NCBI GenBank assembly: GCA_964584785.1
Contig: CAZPBY010000012.1
Span: forward strand, 1 to 50,451
Reading direction: 5' to 3'
DNA from: an uncultured Solibacteraceae bacterium
GTDB taxonomy: Bacteria; Acidobacteriota; Terriglobia; 20CM-2-55-15
DNA length: 50,451 nt
The translations under genes were made by a program, and so were the position numbers. Shown here in pieces: positions 26,893 through 34,769 of this stretch; within the stretch, counting starts at the first letter, position 1; each line of letters opens with the position of its first letter. The notes under the pieces were generated by a model. The model was not told where the DNA came from. It did no database searches and saw only the letters and a list, made by a program, of their open reading frames with translations.

Positions 26893-29085
26893 ATGACGCT
26901 GCTCCTCACGTCGACATTCTTTCTCAGCGCGTTCCTTCTTTTCTCATGCGAGCCGATGGTCGCCAAAATGGTGCTGCCCGTTCTGGGCGGCTCCGCATCC
27001 GTTTGGACGACGTGCGTGGTCTTCTTCCAGATCATGCTGCTGGTGGGATACGCCTACGCGCATTTCGTCGGAAAGATCCGGCTTGGCCGTCAATACGGAC
27101 TTCACCTTTTGCTGATGTTGCTCGCATTTACATTTCTTCCGATACGGTTCAGCGCGGCACCCGGCAATCCTTCGGGAGCGCCGATTACGTGGACCCTGCT
27201 GCACCTCTTGGCCGCGGCCGGACTCCCGTTCGCGATTCTTTCGGCTACAGCGCCGCTTCTTCAAACATGGCTCGCGCAAACGACACTGCCATGGGCCGAC
27301 GATCCTTATTTTCTCTACGCGGTCAGCAACGCCGGAAGTCTGCTCGCGTTGGCGGCATATCCAACCGTATTCGAGCCGCGATTCGGCGTCAGCGATCAAA
27401 GCCGGTTGTGGCTTTACGGTTATGCGCTGCTGCTTGCCGTTTTTGCGGCCTCGATGTGGATGATGTGGGGGAGCAGGATCCGTAGCGCGATGGACCGGAA
27501 ACCGAGAGTCACCGAAGACTCGCCGCTCGAAGCAGCCACATGGACGACGCGGCTGCAGTGGCTGGCCGCGGCGTTCGTGCCGTCCGCGCTGACGCTGGCA
27601 GTGACGAATCACATATCGCTCAATCTCGGTTCGTTTCCTTTTCTTTGGGTCGCGCCATTGGGCTTGTACCTGTTGACATTCGTTTTGGCCTTCGCACGAA
27701 AGTTTCGGATGCCGTTGACTATCGTGTCATCGGCCGCAACCATCGTGATCGTGCTGCTTTTTCCAATCGCCACGGTTGGAGCGCCCGTCCGCTCCAGCGA
27801 ACTGTGGCCGCTGATCGCCGCGCATCTGTTGATTCTTTTTGTCGCGGCGCTGCTGTGTCATTCGTTCGTGGCCGTCCGTCGTCCACAAACATCGCAGTTG
27901 ACCGAGTTTTACTTCATCCTCGCGCTGGGCGGCGTGCTCGGCGGAGTGTTCACGGCGATCATCGCTCCGGCGGTGTTCAGTACGGTACTTGAATATCCAT
28001 TGCTTGTCGCCGCTGCCGGTTTCTTCCGGCAGTTGCGCAAACCGGGCGCTGCTTTCGGTTTTTCGGATGCCTTCGATTTGTTGCTGTTCGGACTCTTTGT
28101 CGGGTTGGTGATGACGGCAGTTCTGAGTTGGGGAAAGGTGGATGTCACGCTGCAGACCGCAAGCGTCCCCGTGCTGGCGGCGCAATCCGTCCTGGTCCTG
28201 GCGCTCGCGCTGTTTCGCTGGAAGCGGCTTTTGTTCGGGATGGCGTTCTCCGCCCTCGTTCTGACCTACGCTATCGTGCTGCCGAGAGAATTCGAAGGCG
28301 CAACGCGCGTCCATATCGCTCGCGATTTCTTCGGCGTGAAGAAGGTGCTATTCGAGCCGGACATCAATATGCGAAAGCTGCTGCACGGCGACACGCTCCA
28401 CGGACGGCAGAGCCTCGATCCGGCATTGACCAACGAGCCGCTCACCTACTATCACCGGACAGGACCCGTAGGCGACGCCATGACGCTGATCGTCAATCGC
28501 CCGAGCCAGAACGTCGGCGTTGTCGGGCTCGGCACGGGGTCCATCGCCGCATACGGGACGAAGCAGCGGCACATCTCGTTTTTTGATATCGATCCTCAGA
28601 TGATCGACGTCGCGACGTCCTTCTTCACGTACGTCCGCCATTGCGGCGAAGCATGCGGGATCGTGATCGGCGACGGCCGGCTGTCGATTCAAGCACAGCC
28701 CGACGGCAAGTTTGACCTTCTGATTCTCGACGCCTTCAATTCCGATTCGATTCCCGCTCACCTTGTGTCGCGCGAGGCGGTGCGGTCTTATATGTCGAAG
28801 CTGAAGCCCGATGGGCTGCTGATGTTTCATGTGTCGAATCGGTATCTCGACGTGGAGAAACTTGTCTCGAGCGTCCTGGCGGCGGAAGGAATTCCGGCGT
28901 TCGTGCGTCATGACACCGACGAGGAGCCGCCGGGAAAATCAGGCTCGCACTATGTGCTCGCCCTGAAACACCCGGAAGCACTGGAACACATCCCGCATCG
29001 TGATGAATGGATTCCCATCCAAACCAACACGGGAATTCGCCCATGGACGGACGATTTTTCAAACCTGGTAAGCATCATCAAGTAA
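26893..29085 (+). CDS. Fused polytopic membrane domain + spermidine-synthase-like (class I SAM-MTase/aminopropyltransferase fold) protein
   Basis: The first roughly 480 aa form many TM helices. The C-terminus carries VGLGTGSIAAYG...FFDIDPQMIDVA...DLLILDAFNSDSIPAHL...LKPDGLLMFHV, which is typical of spermidine synthase-type folds. The ORF track starts at a TTG at 26878, but the ATG at 26893 is more likely. Confidence 0.7.
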   Translation: MTLLLTSTFFLSAFLLFSCEPMVAKMVLPVLGGSASVWTTCVVFFQIMLLVGYAYAHFVGKIRLGRQYGLHLLLMLLAFTFLPIRFSAAPGNPSGAPITWTLLHLLAAAGLPFAILSATAPLLQTWLAQTTLPWADDPYFLYAVSNAGSLLALAAYPTVFEPRFGVSDQSRLWLYGYALLLAVFAASMWMMWGSRIRSAMDRKPRVTEDSPLEAATWTTRLQWLAAAFVPSALTLAVTNHISLNLGSFPFLWVAPLGLYLLTFVLAFARKFRMPLTIVSSAATIVIVLLFPIATVGAPVRSSELWPLIAAHLLILFVAALLCHSFVAVRRPQTSQLTEFYFILALGGVLGGVFTAIIAPAVFSTVLEYPLLVAAAGFFRQLRKPGAAFGFSDAFDLLLFGLFVGLVMTAVLSWGKVDVTLQTASVPVLAAQSVLVLALALFRWKRLLFGMAFSALVLTYAIVLPREFEGATRVHIARDFFGVKKVLFEPDINMRKLLHGDTLHGRQSLDPALTNEPLTYYHRTGPVGDAMTLIVNRPSQNVGVVGLGTGSIAAYGTKQRHISFFDIDPQMIDVATSFFTYVRHCGEACGIVIGDGRLSIQAQPDGKFDLLILDAFNSDSIPAHLVSREAVRSYMSKLKPDGLLMFHVSNRYLDVEKLVSSVLAAEGIPAFVRHDTDEEPPGKSGSHYVLALKHPEALEHIPHRDEWIPIQTNTGIRPWTDDFSNLVSIIK

Positions 29086-29102
29086 ACACCGTTCAAAGGC
29101 GG

Positions 29103-29591
29103 CTAGGAAGAAACCTCCGTAAACCGCACCCGCTTGACCTCGTTTTCCACAACAACCGAGGCATAAAACGCGCGGACATTGACGCCGCGAATACCAATTC
29201 GGATCCGGTGGGCGGCCTGCAAAAGATGCTCTCGCTGCAGGTCCTGGACTGTCTTGCCGGTGAGGCGTTTCAGGGCGCTTGCGACGAGCGACATGCGCTC
29301 GACTTTGTACGCGCCGCAATCCTCATGGGCAACGAGGATGATTTCCCGAACGCTCTTCGCGTCGACGACGCGTTCGATGATCTTGTCGATCGCCTTGGAG
29401 AGAAAGTTAAAGGCAGCGGCAAGTGGAAGCGTCAACACGGCGCCCGAAGGAACCTGCAGCACATGGGGGTATTTGAAATTAAGAAGACGCGCCAGTTCCC
29501 TGGTCTGACGCTCGAAACGGTGATCCGAGCAGGATACGATCAGGCAGTCCGGCGCAGTGTCCTCCCACGGGATTTCGCTGACAAGCTCCAT
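29103..29591 (-). CDS. Minimal (Cab-type) beta-carbonic-anhydrase-like protein, 162 aa
   Basis: The beta-CA zinc-ligand motifs are present in the correct order and spacing: IVSCSDHRF (CxDxR) and LVAHEDCGAY (HxxCG). In M. thermoautotrophicum Cab the equivalent motifs are CMDSR and HTDCG. Its start lies 2 nt after the flotillin stop. Confidence 0.55.
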   Translation of the reverse strand: MELVSEIPWEDTAPDCLIVSCSDHRFERQTRELARLLNFKYPHVLQVPSGAVLTLPLAAAFNFLSKAIDKIIERVVDAKSVREIILVAHEDCGAYKVERMSLVASALKRLTGKTVQDLQREHLLQAAHRIRIGIRGVNVRAFYASVVVENEVKRVRFTEVSS

Positions 29592-29593
29592 GC

Positions 29594-31267
29594 CTATTTC
29601 TCGTTCTTGCTGGGCGCAGTTTTAGTCGTTGCTGTCTTGCTCAGCGTGCCGAGCAGTCCCTCTAATGCGTTCTGGGGCATCCCCAGCCGCTCCAGCACGG
29701 ACGATACATCCAGACCGAGCGCCTTTGCCTGCGCTAGGACACCGAAAACCGTCTTCGGAACGTTCATGGCGAACCTTGAAACCGGATCTTCACTGTTGCC
29801 GTTTTGATGAGTGCCCAGGTCGATGATGTGAATCGAATCGATGCGCGACAACCCGGCGCCGATGTGTTCGAACGCCGAACCAACGACTTTCTCACCGGCT
29901 TCGCCGACTCTGTCGATGATCTGCGGCAGGTGTTCCAAAATGATGATCATCCGGGCCGCATCGCTCATCTGGGCAAGCGCCTGGTTTTTCGCCGTGAGGC
30001 CGTTGGCCTCGGCGAGCAAGCGGGCTCGAATCGCTTCGCCGTCCGCTTTACCACGGGCTTCGGTCGCGGTGGCTTCCGCGAGCAGCTTCGCTTTGGTGGC
30101 TTCCGCTTCGGCTCGACCGCGGGCTTCCGAAGCAGCGGCTTCCGCTTCACCCATTTGCCGAGTGCGCGCGGCGTCGGCTGCAGCGCGGCCTTCGCCTTCA
30201 AGGGTCAGCTTCTGTTTTTCGGCTTCGGCCTGGATCTTGATCGCCTCCGCCTGTTTGATTGCCGCGTTGGCGTTACCTTCAGCGGTGATGGTTGAAGCCC
30301 GGCTGTTGGCTTCGGCCGGTTTGATGGTGGTCGTGACGAGTTCCTTCTCTTTGCGCAAAGCCTCCTGCTCGGCAAGCGCGATCTTCGCTTTCGTCTCGGC
30401 CTCTTCCGCGGCCACTCGGCGCTGACGCAATTCGCGGTCGATTTCCGCATCCTTCAGAGCCTTCGCCATGTCGGCTTCAGCCTGAGCCGTTTCCGTTTCT
30501 CTCTTGAAGGCCGCTTTCTTCAGGTCCAGATCGCGGTTGGACTGCGCGATTCTTTCGTCAGCGGCGAGACGCGCGGTTTCGGCTTCCTGCTTTGCGGCGG
30601 ACGATTTGACGACCGACTCGCGATCCGCCTCGGCCTTGGCGATTTCGGCGTCGCGCTTGACCTCCGCGGTCCTCTTGGCGCCGAGCGCTTTGATGTAACC
30701 TTCCTTGTCGTCGACTTTGTTGACGACGAAGACATCGATCTGAAAACCCAGCTTGTTCAATTCAGTCTGAGCGCCGGCGAGAACCTCCTGCGCGAGCTTC
30801 TCGCGGTTGCGGACGATGTCTTCGACCGTCAGCGTTCCGATGATCTGGCGCAGCAAACCGTCCAGAGTGGTTTTCAACATCGTGTGGATTTCCTGCTGCG
30901 TCTTTCCGAGCATGCGCTCAACGGCCGCATCCAACCGTCCGGGATCGGAACTGACTTTGATATTCGCCGTCGCTTCAACCGATACCGGCACGCCATCTTT
31001 GTTGGGCGTATCGCTCACGCTCGATTCGACAGAAAACGTTTCCAGGCCGATGTAAGTGAAGTCCTCGAAGAGCGGCAGCACGAATGCCGAGCCGCCATTG
31101 ATCAGCCGATAGCCTTTGTCGGCGTGCTTCCGTCCATAGACCACCAGGACTTTGTTCGGCGGACATTTCCGGTAATTCCTCGCGAAGGCGACAAACGTCG
31201 ACAGACCTGCCAGCAGCAGCCCGACGACAACAATGGGAAGCCCGAAGGCTTGAAGCAATTGCTGCAT
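29594..31267 (-). CDS. Flotillin-like SPFH protein (FloT/YqiK type) with long Ala/Glu-rich coiled-coil region
   Basis: It has an N-terminal TM and an SPFH core (VLVVYGRKHADKGYRLINGGSAFVLPLFE...). An extended EA-rich heptad region follows (AEAEADRESVVK...EAEAAASEARGRAEAEATKAKLLAEA). Confidence 0.85.
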   Translation of the reverse strand: MQQLLQAFGLPIVVVGLLLAGLSTFVAFARNYRKCPPNKVLVVYGRKHADKGYRLINGGSAFVLPLFEDFTYIGLETFSVESSVSDTPNKDGVPVSVEATANIKVSSDPGRLDAAVERMLGKTQQEIHTMLKTTLDGLLRQIIGTLTVEDIVRNREKLAQEVLAGAQTELNKLGFQIDVFVVNKVDDKEGYIKALGAKRTAEVKRDAEIAKAEADRESVVKSSAAKQEAETARLAADERIAQSNRDLDLKKAAFKRETETAQAEADMAKALKDAEIDRELRQRRVAAEEAETKAKIALAEQEALRKEKELVTTTIKPAEANSRASTITAEGNANAAIKQAEAIKIQAEAEKQKLTLEGEGRAAADAARTRQMGEAEAAASEARGRAEAEATKAKLLAEATATEARGKADGEAIRARLLAEANGLTAKNQALAQMSDAARMIIILEHLPQIIDRVGEAGEKVVGSAFEHIGAGLSRIDSIHIIDLGTHQNGNSEDPVSRFAMNVPKTVFGVLAQAKALGLDVSSVLERLGMPQNALEGLLGTLSKTATTKTAPSKNEK

Positions 31268-31300
31268 GTGTTACTTCCTTTCAAAATGGCCTACAGAAAA

Positions 31301-31951
31301 CTAACGCTGCGCTTCGGGTTGGGCGCCTGTCGAAACAATCAGCGTTCCTCCCGTCACCCGACTGACGGAGACCTGCGAACCGGACCGAATGGGTTTGCCA
31401 TCGTGCGACATTGCAGGCCGGAACATCTCCATGCCGGATACGACCAGGCTGACCTCTCCCATTCCACCCTCGGGAATAGACACGGTGACGACGCCCTGAG
31501 AGCCGACGGCCGACTTCATGTTGATCAGAGAATTTGCTTGTTGAGCCTTGAAGACTTTCAACGTGTACAAAACAATGAAAGCGAAAACATAACCGCCGAC
31601 GAACGCTCCGGCCGTCGAGAAATACACTCTTCGCGTCGCGGTAAATAAAAGGAAGCCGATTCCGCCGAATCCGGTGCACAACAGCGCGACACCGCGCACC
31701 GAAAACATGCCGACCGAAAATGTGCCGCCTCCGTGATCGCCGGATGAATCCGAGCCGTGGTCCGCGCCGGTATCGTGACCTGAGACGTCGTGGCCGATAT
31801 CGTGACCGATGTCGTGGTCGACACCGTGATCGCTGCCGTGACCGCCCATGATGAGCGAAAACGCGCTGAACACCACGCCAACCAGAAACAGGGTGAAGAA
31901 CGTGATCGCCGTCGTCGCCGAGGCAAGCACGCTACTCAGCCAACCGAACAT
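31301..31951 (-). CDS. NfeD-like (YuaF/YqiJ type) membrane protein with His/Asp-rich insert and C-terminal OB-fold
   Basis: It has an N-terminal TM region. A low-complexity GHGSDHGVDHDIGHDIGHDVSGHDTGADHGSDSSGDHGGG stretch follows, then two more TM segments. A C-terminal beta-barrel (GVVTVSIPEGGMGEVSLVVSGMEMFRPAMSHDGKPIRSGSQVSVSRVTGGTLIVS) matches the NfeD OB-fold. It lies directly upstream of the flotillin gene, which is the classic partner arrangement. Confidence 0.7.
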   Translation of the reverse strand: MFGWLSSVLASATTAITFFTLFLVGVVFSAFSLIMGGHGSDHGVDHDIGHDIGHDVSGHDTGADHGSDSSGDHGGGTFSVGMFSVRGVALLCTGFGGIGFLLFTATRRVYFSTAGAFVGGYVFAFIVLYTLKVFKAQQANSLINMKSAVGSQGVVTVSIPEGGMGEVSLVVSGMEMFRPAMSHDGKPIRSGSQVSVSRVTGGTLIVSTGAQPEAQR

Positions 31952-32055
31952 ATCTAGTCCTTTCGAAAACGGAGAAACTCGGGGTCAGTCTAAGAACGCG
32001 CATACGATTTAGCAAGGCGAAACAAGACCCGGAAGTCCTGCGGATTCCCACTTCT

Positions 32056-34521
32056 CTACGACGGAAGGTAGTGCAAAAGTTTCAAAATATCCGAAAACAC
32101 TCCCATGGCGGTGACGTCCGCGCCGGCGCCGGGACCCTGCACAACGAGCGGTGTGTTGTGATAACGCTCGGTGGTGAACACGATGATGTTGTCGCTGCCT
32201 TTGGTGGACGCCAGAGAATGCGAATACGGAACTTCTTTCAAACCCGCAGAGCCGATACCATCCGAAAGACTGCCGATGTAGCGCAACACCATGTTCCGTG
32301 AACTCGCCGCCGCCGATCGTCGACGCATATCGGAATCGAACGAAGCCAGCTTGTCGAAGAAATCGCTCGAGAACGCGCCGCCGCGCAGTTTCCTGGGGAC
32401 TAGGCTCTCGACTCGAATATCTTCGAGTTCCATTTTCGCGCCGAGCTGCCTCGCCAGTATCAGCAGCTTTCGACCGACGTCGATTCCCGACAGATCGTCG
32501 CGCGGATCCGGCTCGGTGTAGCCCTTCAAATGGGCGTCGCGCACCAGTTCGCTGAAACGGCGCGTTCCATCGTAATTATTGAAGAGGTAACTCATCGTGC
32601 CGGAAAAGATCCCGTCGATCCGGTGGATGGTGTCGCCGCTCGAAATCAAATCCTTCAGCGTCGAGATGATCGGAAGACCCGCGCCCACATTGGCCTCGTA
32701 GAGAAAATGCTTCTGCCGTCTCCGGAGCAGATCCACCAGTTCCCGGTAGCTCTCCCAAGGCAACACGTTCGCTTTCTTGTTTGGCGTGACGATGTGCATG
32801 TTGGCTTTCACGAAGCCGGGATAGGAGCTCACAATTTCCGGACTCGCCGTGCAATCGACCAGCGCAACGTTGGTCAGGTCCATCTTCGCCACTTCGTCCG
32901 CCAGAGTTTGCGAGCTGAAGGATTGCTTGCTCTTTGCAAACTCTTCCCTCCAGCCTTGCAGATTGACGCCGTCGCGCTTCAGCAGAAGTTGTTTGCGGTT
33001 CGCAATACCGCAAACTCGAACGTCGAAAGCCTGCGCGCGAAGGAACGCCTGCTGCTGATCGAGCTGTTTCAACAGCGCCGCTCCGATGTTTCCGATGCCG
33101 ACCACAAAGAGAGCCAGATGTTTCCGCTTTTCGAAGAACGCTTCATGGATAACGTTCAGCGCGCGGGTTCTGTTCCGGGCGTCAACCACAAGCGAGATGT
33201 TGAGTTCGGACGCTCCCTGCGCGATCGCATCGACGTTGATATTATTCCTTCCGAGCGCCTGAAAGACGCTCCCCGCAACACCGGGCGTTCCCTTCATGCC
33301 TTCACCGACAATGGCCACGATGGTTTGCGACGGCTTCTCATCCAGCGACGTCAGCGCATGTTGAAGCTCGTAGCGGAATTCATGCTGGATCGCACGACGC
33401 GCGCGCCCGACGTCCGGCGAGTTCACCGCGAAGCAGATGGTGTGCTCGGACGACGCCTGGGAAATCAGAATGACGTTGACCTGATTCGATGCCAGTGAGC
33501 GAAACAGCCGTTCGGCGGTACCGGGCACGCCGACCATACTCATGCCGCGCAGCGTCAGGAGGGTGATGTCGTCGACTGCGGTAATTCCTTTCGCCACGAT
33601 GTACCGTTCGTCGACCTGCTTCGAGATCATCGTCCCGGGCGTGGACGGGTTCATCGTGTTCTTGATGAGTATCGGGATGTTCTTCGCCACAGCGGGAGCG
33701 ATCGTGGACGAGTGAAGAACCTTTGCGCCGAAATAAGACAATTCCATCGCCTCTTCGTACGAAAGCCTGGGCTGAACGAACGCGGCCGGAACCGCGCGCG
33801 GATCGGCGCTGTACACGCCATCGACGTCGGTCCAGATTTCGATCACGGATGCGTCGAGAGCCGCGCCGACAATCGCCGCGGAATAATCCGAACCGTTGCG
33901 GCCGATCGTCGTGGTTCGTCCGTCGGCCGTGCGCGCGATGAAGCCGGTCACGATCGGTATGGTGTTCCTGTTCGCTCGATCAAAATGTTTTTTGAAATAA
34001 GTCTGAATGGCTTTGTTGGTCTGATCGAACTGCACGGCCGCATGCGTGAACTGATCGTCGGTGATAATGATGTCGCGAGAGTCGACATACTCCGCGGGGT
34101 TCTTCGACCGCAGGTAAGAGGCGATGGTTATTGCGGAGAGGCGCTCGCCGAAACTTCCAACAATGTCCAGAGCGCTCGGAGGACAGTCGCGCAGAAGGTA
34201 AATTCCCTGCAGGACATTCCGCAACTCCTGCAGCTCCGATTCAATTCGGGCGCGAGTTTCACGGCCCGCAGGCCTCTTATCGTGAAGAGACTTCACTGCA
34301 TCGATGTGGCGCTGGAGCAGTTTGTCGTAGCCTTTGGTGTAGTCCGCGTCTCCGGAAGCCGCTCGCTGCGCACATTCGAGCAGCTGATTCGTAATACCCT
34401 GAAAGGCAGACACCACGACCGCGACGCGTTCTTTTTTTGCGGCCTGAAGCACGATGGCGCAAACGTCACGGATACGGCCGGGAGTGGATACCGAAGAACC
34501 GCCGAACTTGAGGACTCGCAT
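32056..34521 (-). CDS. thrA: Bifunctional aspartokinase / homoserine dehydrogenase
   Basis: The N-terminal aspartokinase motif MRVLKFGGSSV and ACT region are followed by a C-terminal homoserine dehydrogenase domain (VVGIGNIGAALLKQL...GAGLPIISTL). The start is taken at the Met at 34519-34521. Confidence 0.88.
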   Translation of the reverse strand: MRVLKFGGSSVSTPGRIRDVCAIVLQAAKKERVAVVVSAFQGITNQLLECAQRAASGDADYTKGYDKLLQRHIDAVKSLHDKRPAGRETRARIESELQELRNVLQGIYLLRDCPPSALDIVGSFGERLSAITIASYLRSKNPAEYVDSRDIIITDDQFTHAAVQFDQTNKAIQTYFKKHFDRANRNTIPIVTGFIARTADGRTTTIGRNGSDYSAAIVGAALDASVIEIWTDVDGVYSADPRAVPAAFVQPRLSYEEAMELSYFGAKVLHSSTIAPAVAKNIPILIKNTMNPSTPGTMISKQVDERYIVAKGITAVDDITLLTLRGMSMVGVPGTAERLFRSLASNQVNVILISQASSEHTICFAVNSPDVGRARRAIQHEFRYELQHALTSLDEKPSQTIVAIVGEGMKGTPGVAGSVFQALGRNNINVDAIAQGASELNISLVVDARNRTRALNVIHEAFFEKRKHLALFVVGIGNIGAALLKQLDQQQAFLRAQAFDVRVCGIANRKQLLLKRDGVNLQGWREEFAKSKQSFSSQTLADEVAKMDLTNVALVDCTASPEIVSSYPGFVKANMHIVTPNKKANVLPWESYRELVDLLRRRQKHFLYEANVGAGLPIISTLKDLISSGDTIHRIDGIFSGTMSYLFNNYDGTRRFSELVRDAHLKGYTEPDPRDDLSGIDVGRKLLILARQLGAKMELEDIRVESLVPRKLRGGAFSSDFFDKLASFDSDMRRRSAAASSRNMVLRYIGSLSDGIGSAGLKEVPYSHSLASTKGSDNIIVFTTERYHNTPLVVQGPGAGADVTAMGVFSDILKLLHYLPS

Positions 34522-34769
34522 CGGAACAGCATACTTGAATCGCAAAGGGAGAGCGGAATTTGGAAACCGGCGATGTGTGTCACAATGAAACGGGGATGGA
34601 ATCAGCCAAGCGCCGGCGCCTTTCGATGCTGCGTTCGTACACGGTCGCCGATCTTTTTACCATCGGCAATGCGACGTGCGGAACGATTTATCCGTTGACC
34701 TTTATATATGCTCTGAGTGGAATGGGCATGATCAGCGCAACCATTCGAATTCCAAAACCTTAAAAACAG

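Noticed and set aside
32530-33498. 322-aa plus-strand ORF inside thrA
   Set aside because: It is antisense to the bifunctional aspartokinase/homoserine dehydrogenase, which carries a clear MRVLKFGGSSV motif.
34560-34763. 67-aa ORF in the thrA/top6B divergent intergenic region
   Set aside because: It has no SD, no conserved motif and an odd composition. It more likely overlaps the promoter or leader region; a TTGACC -35-like box is at 34706.
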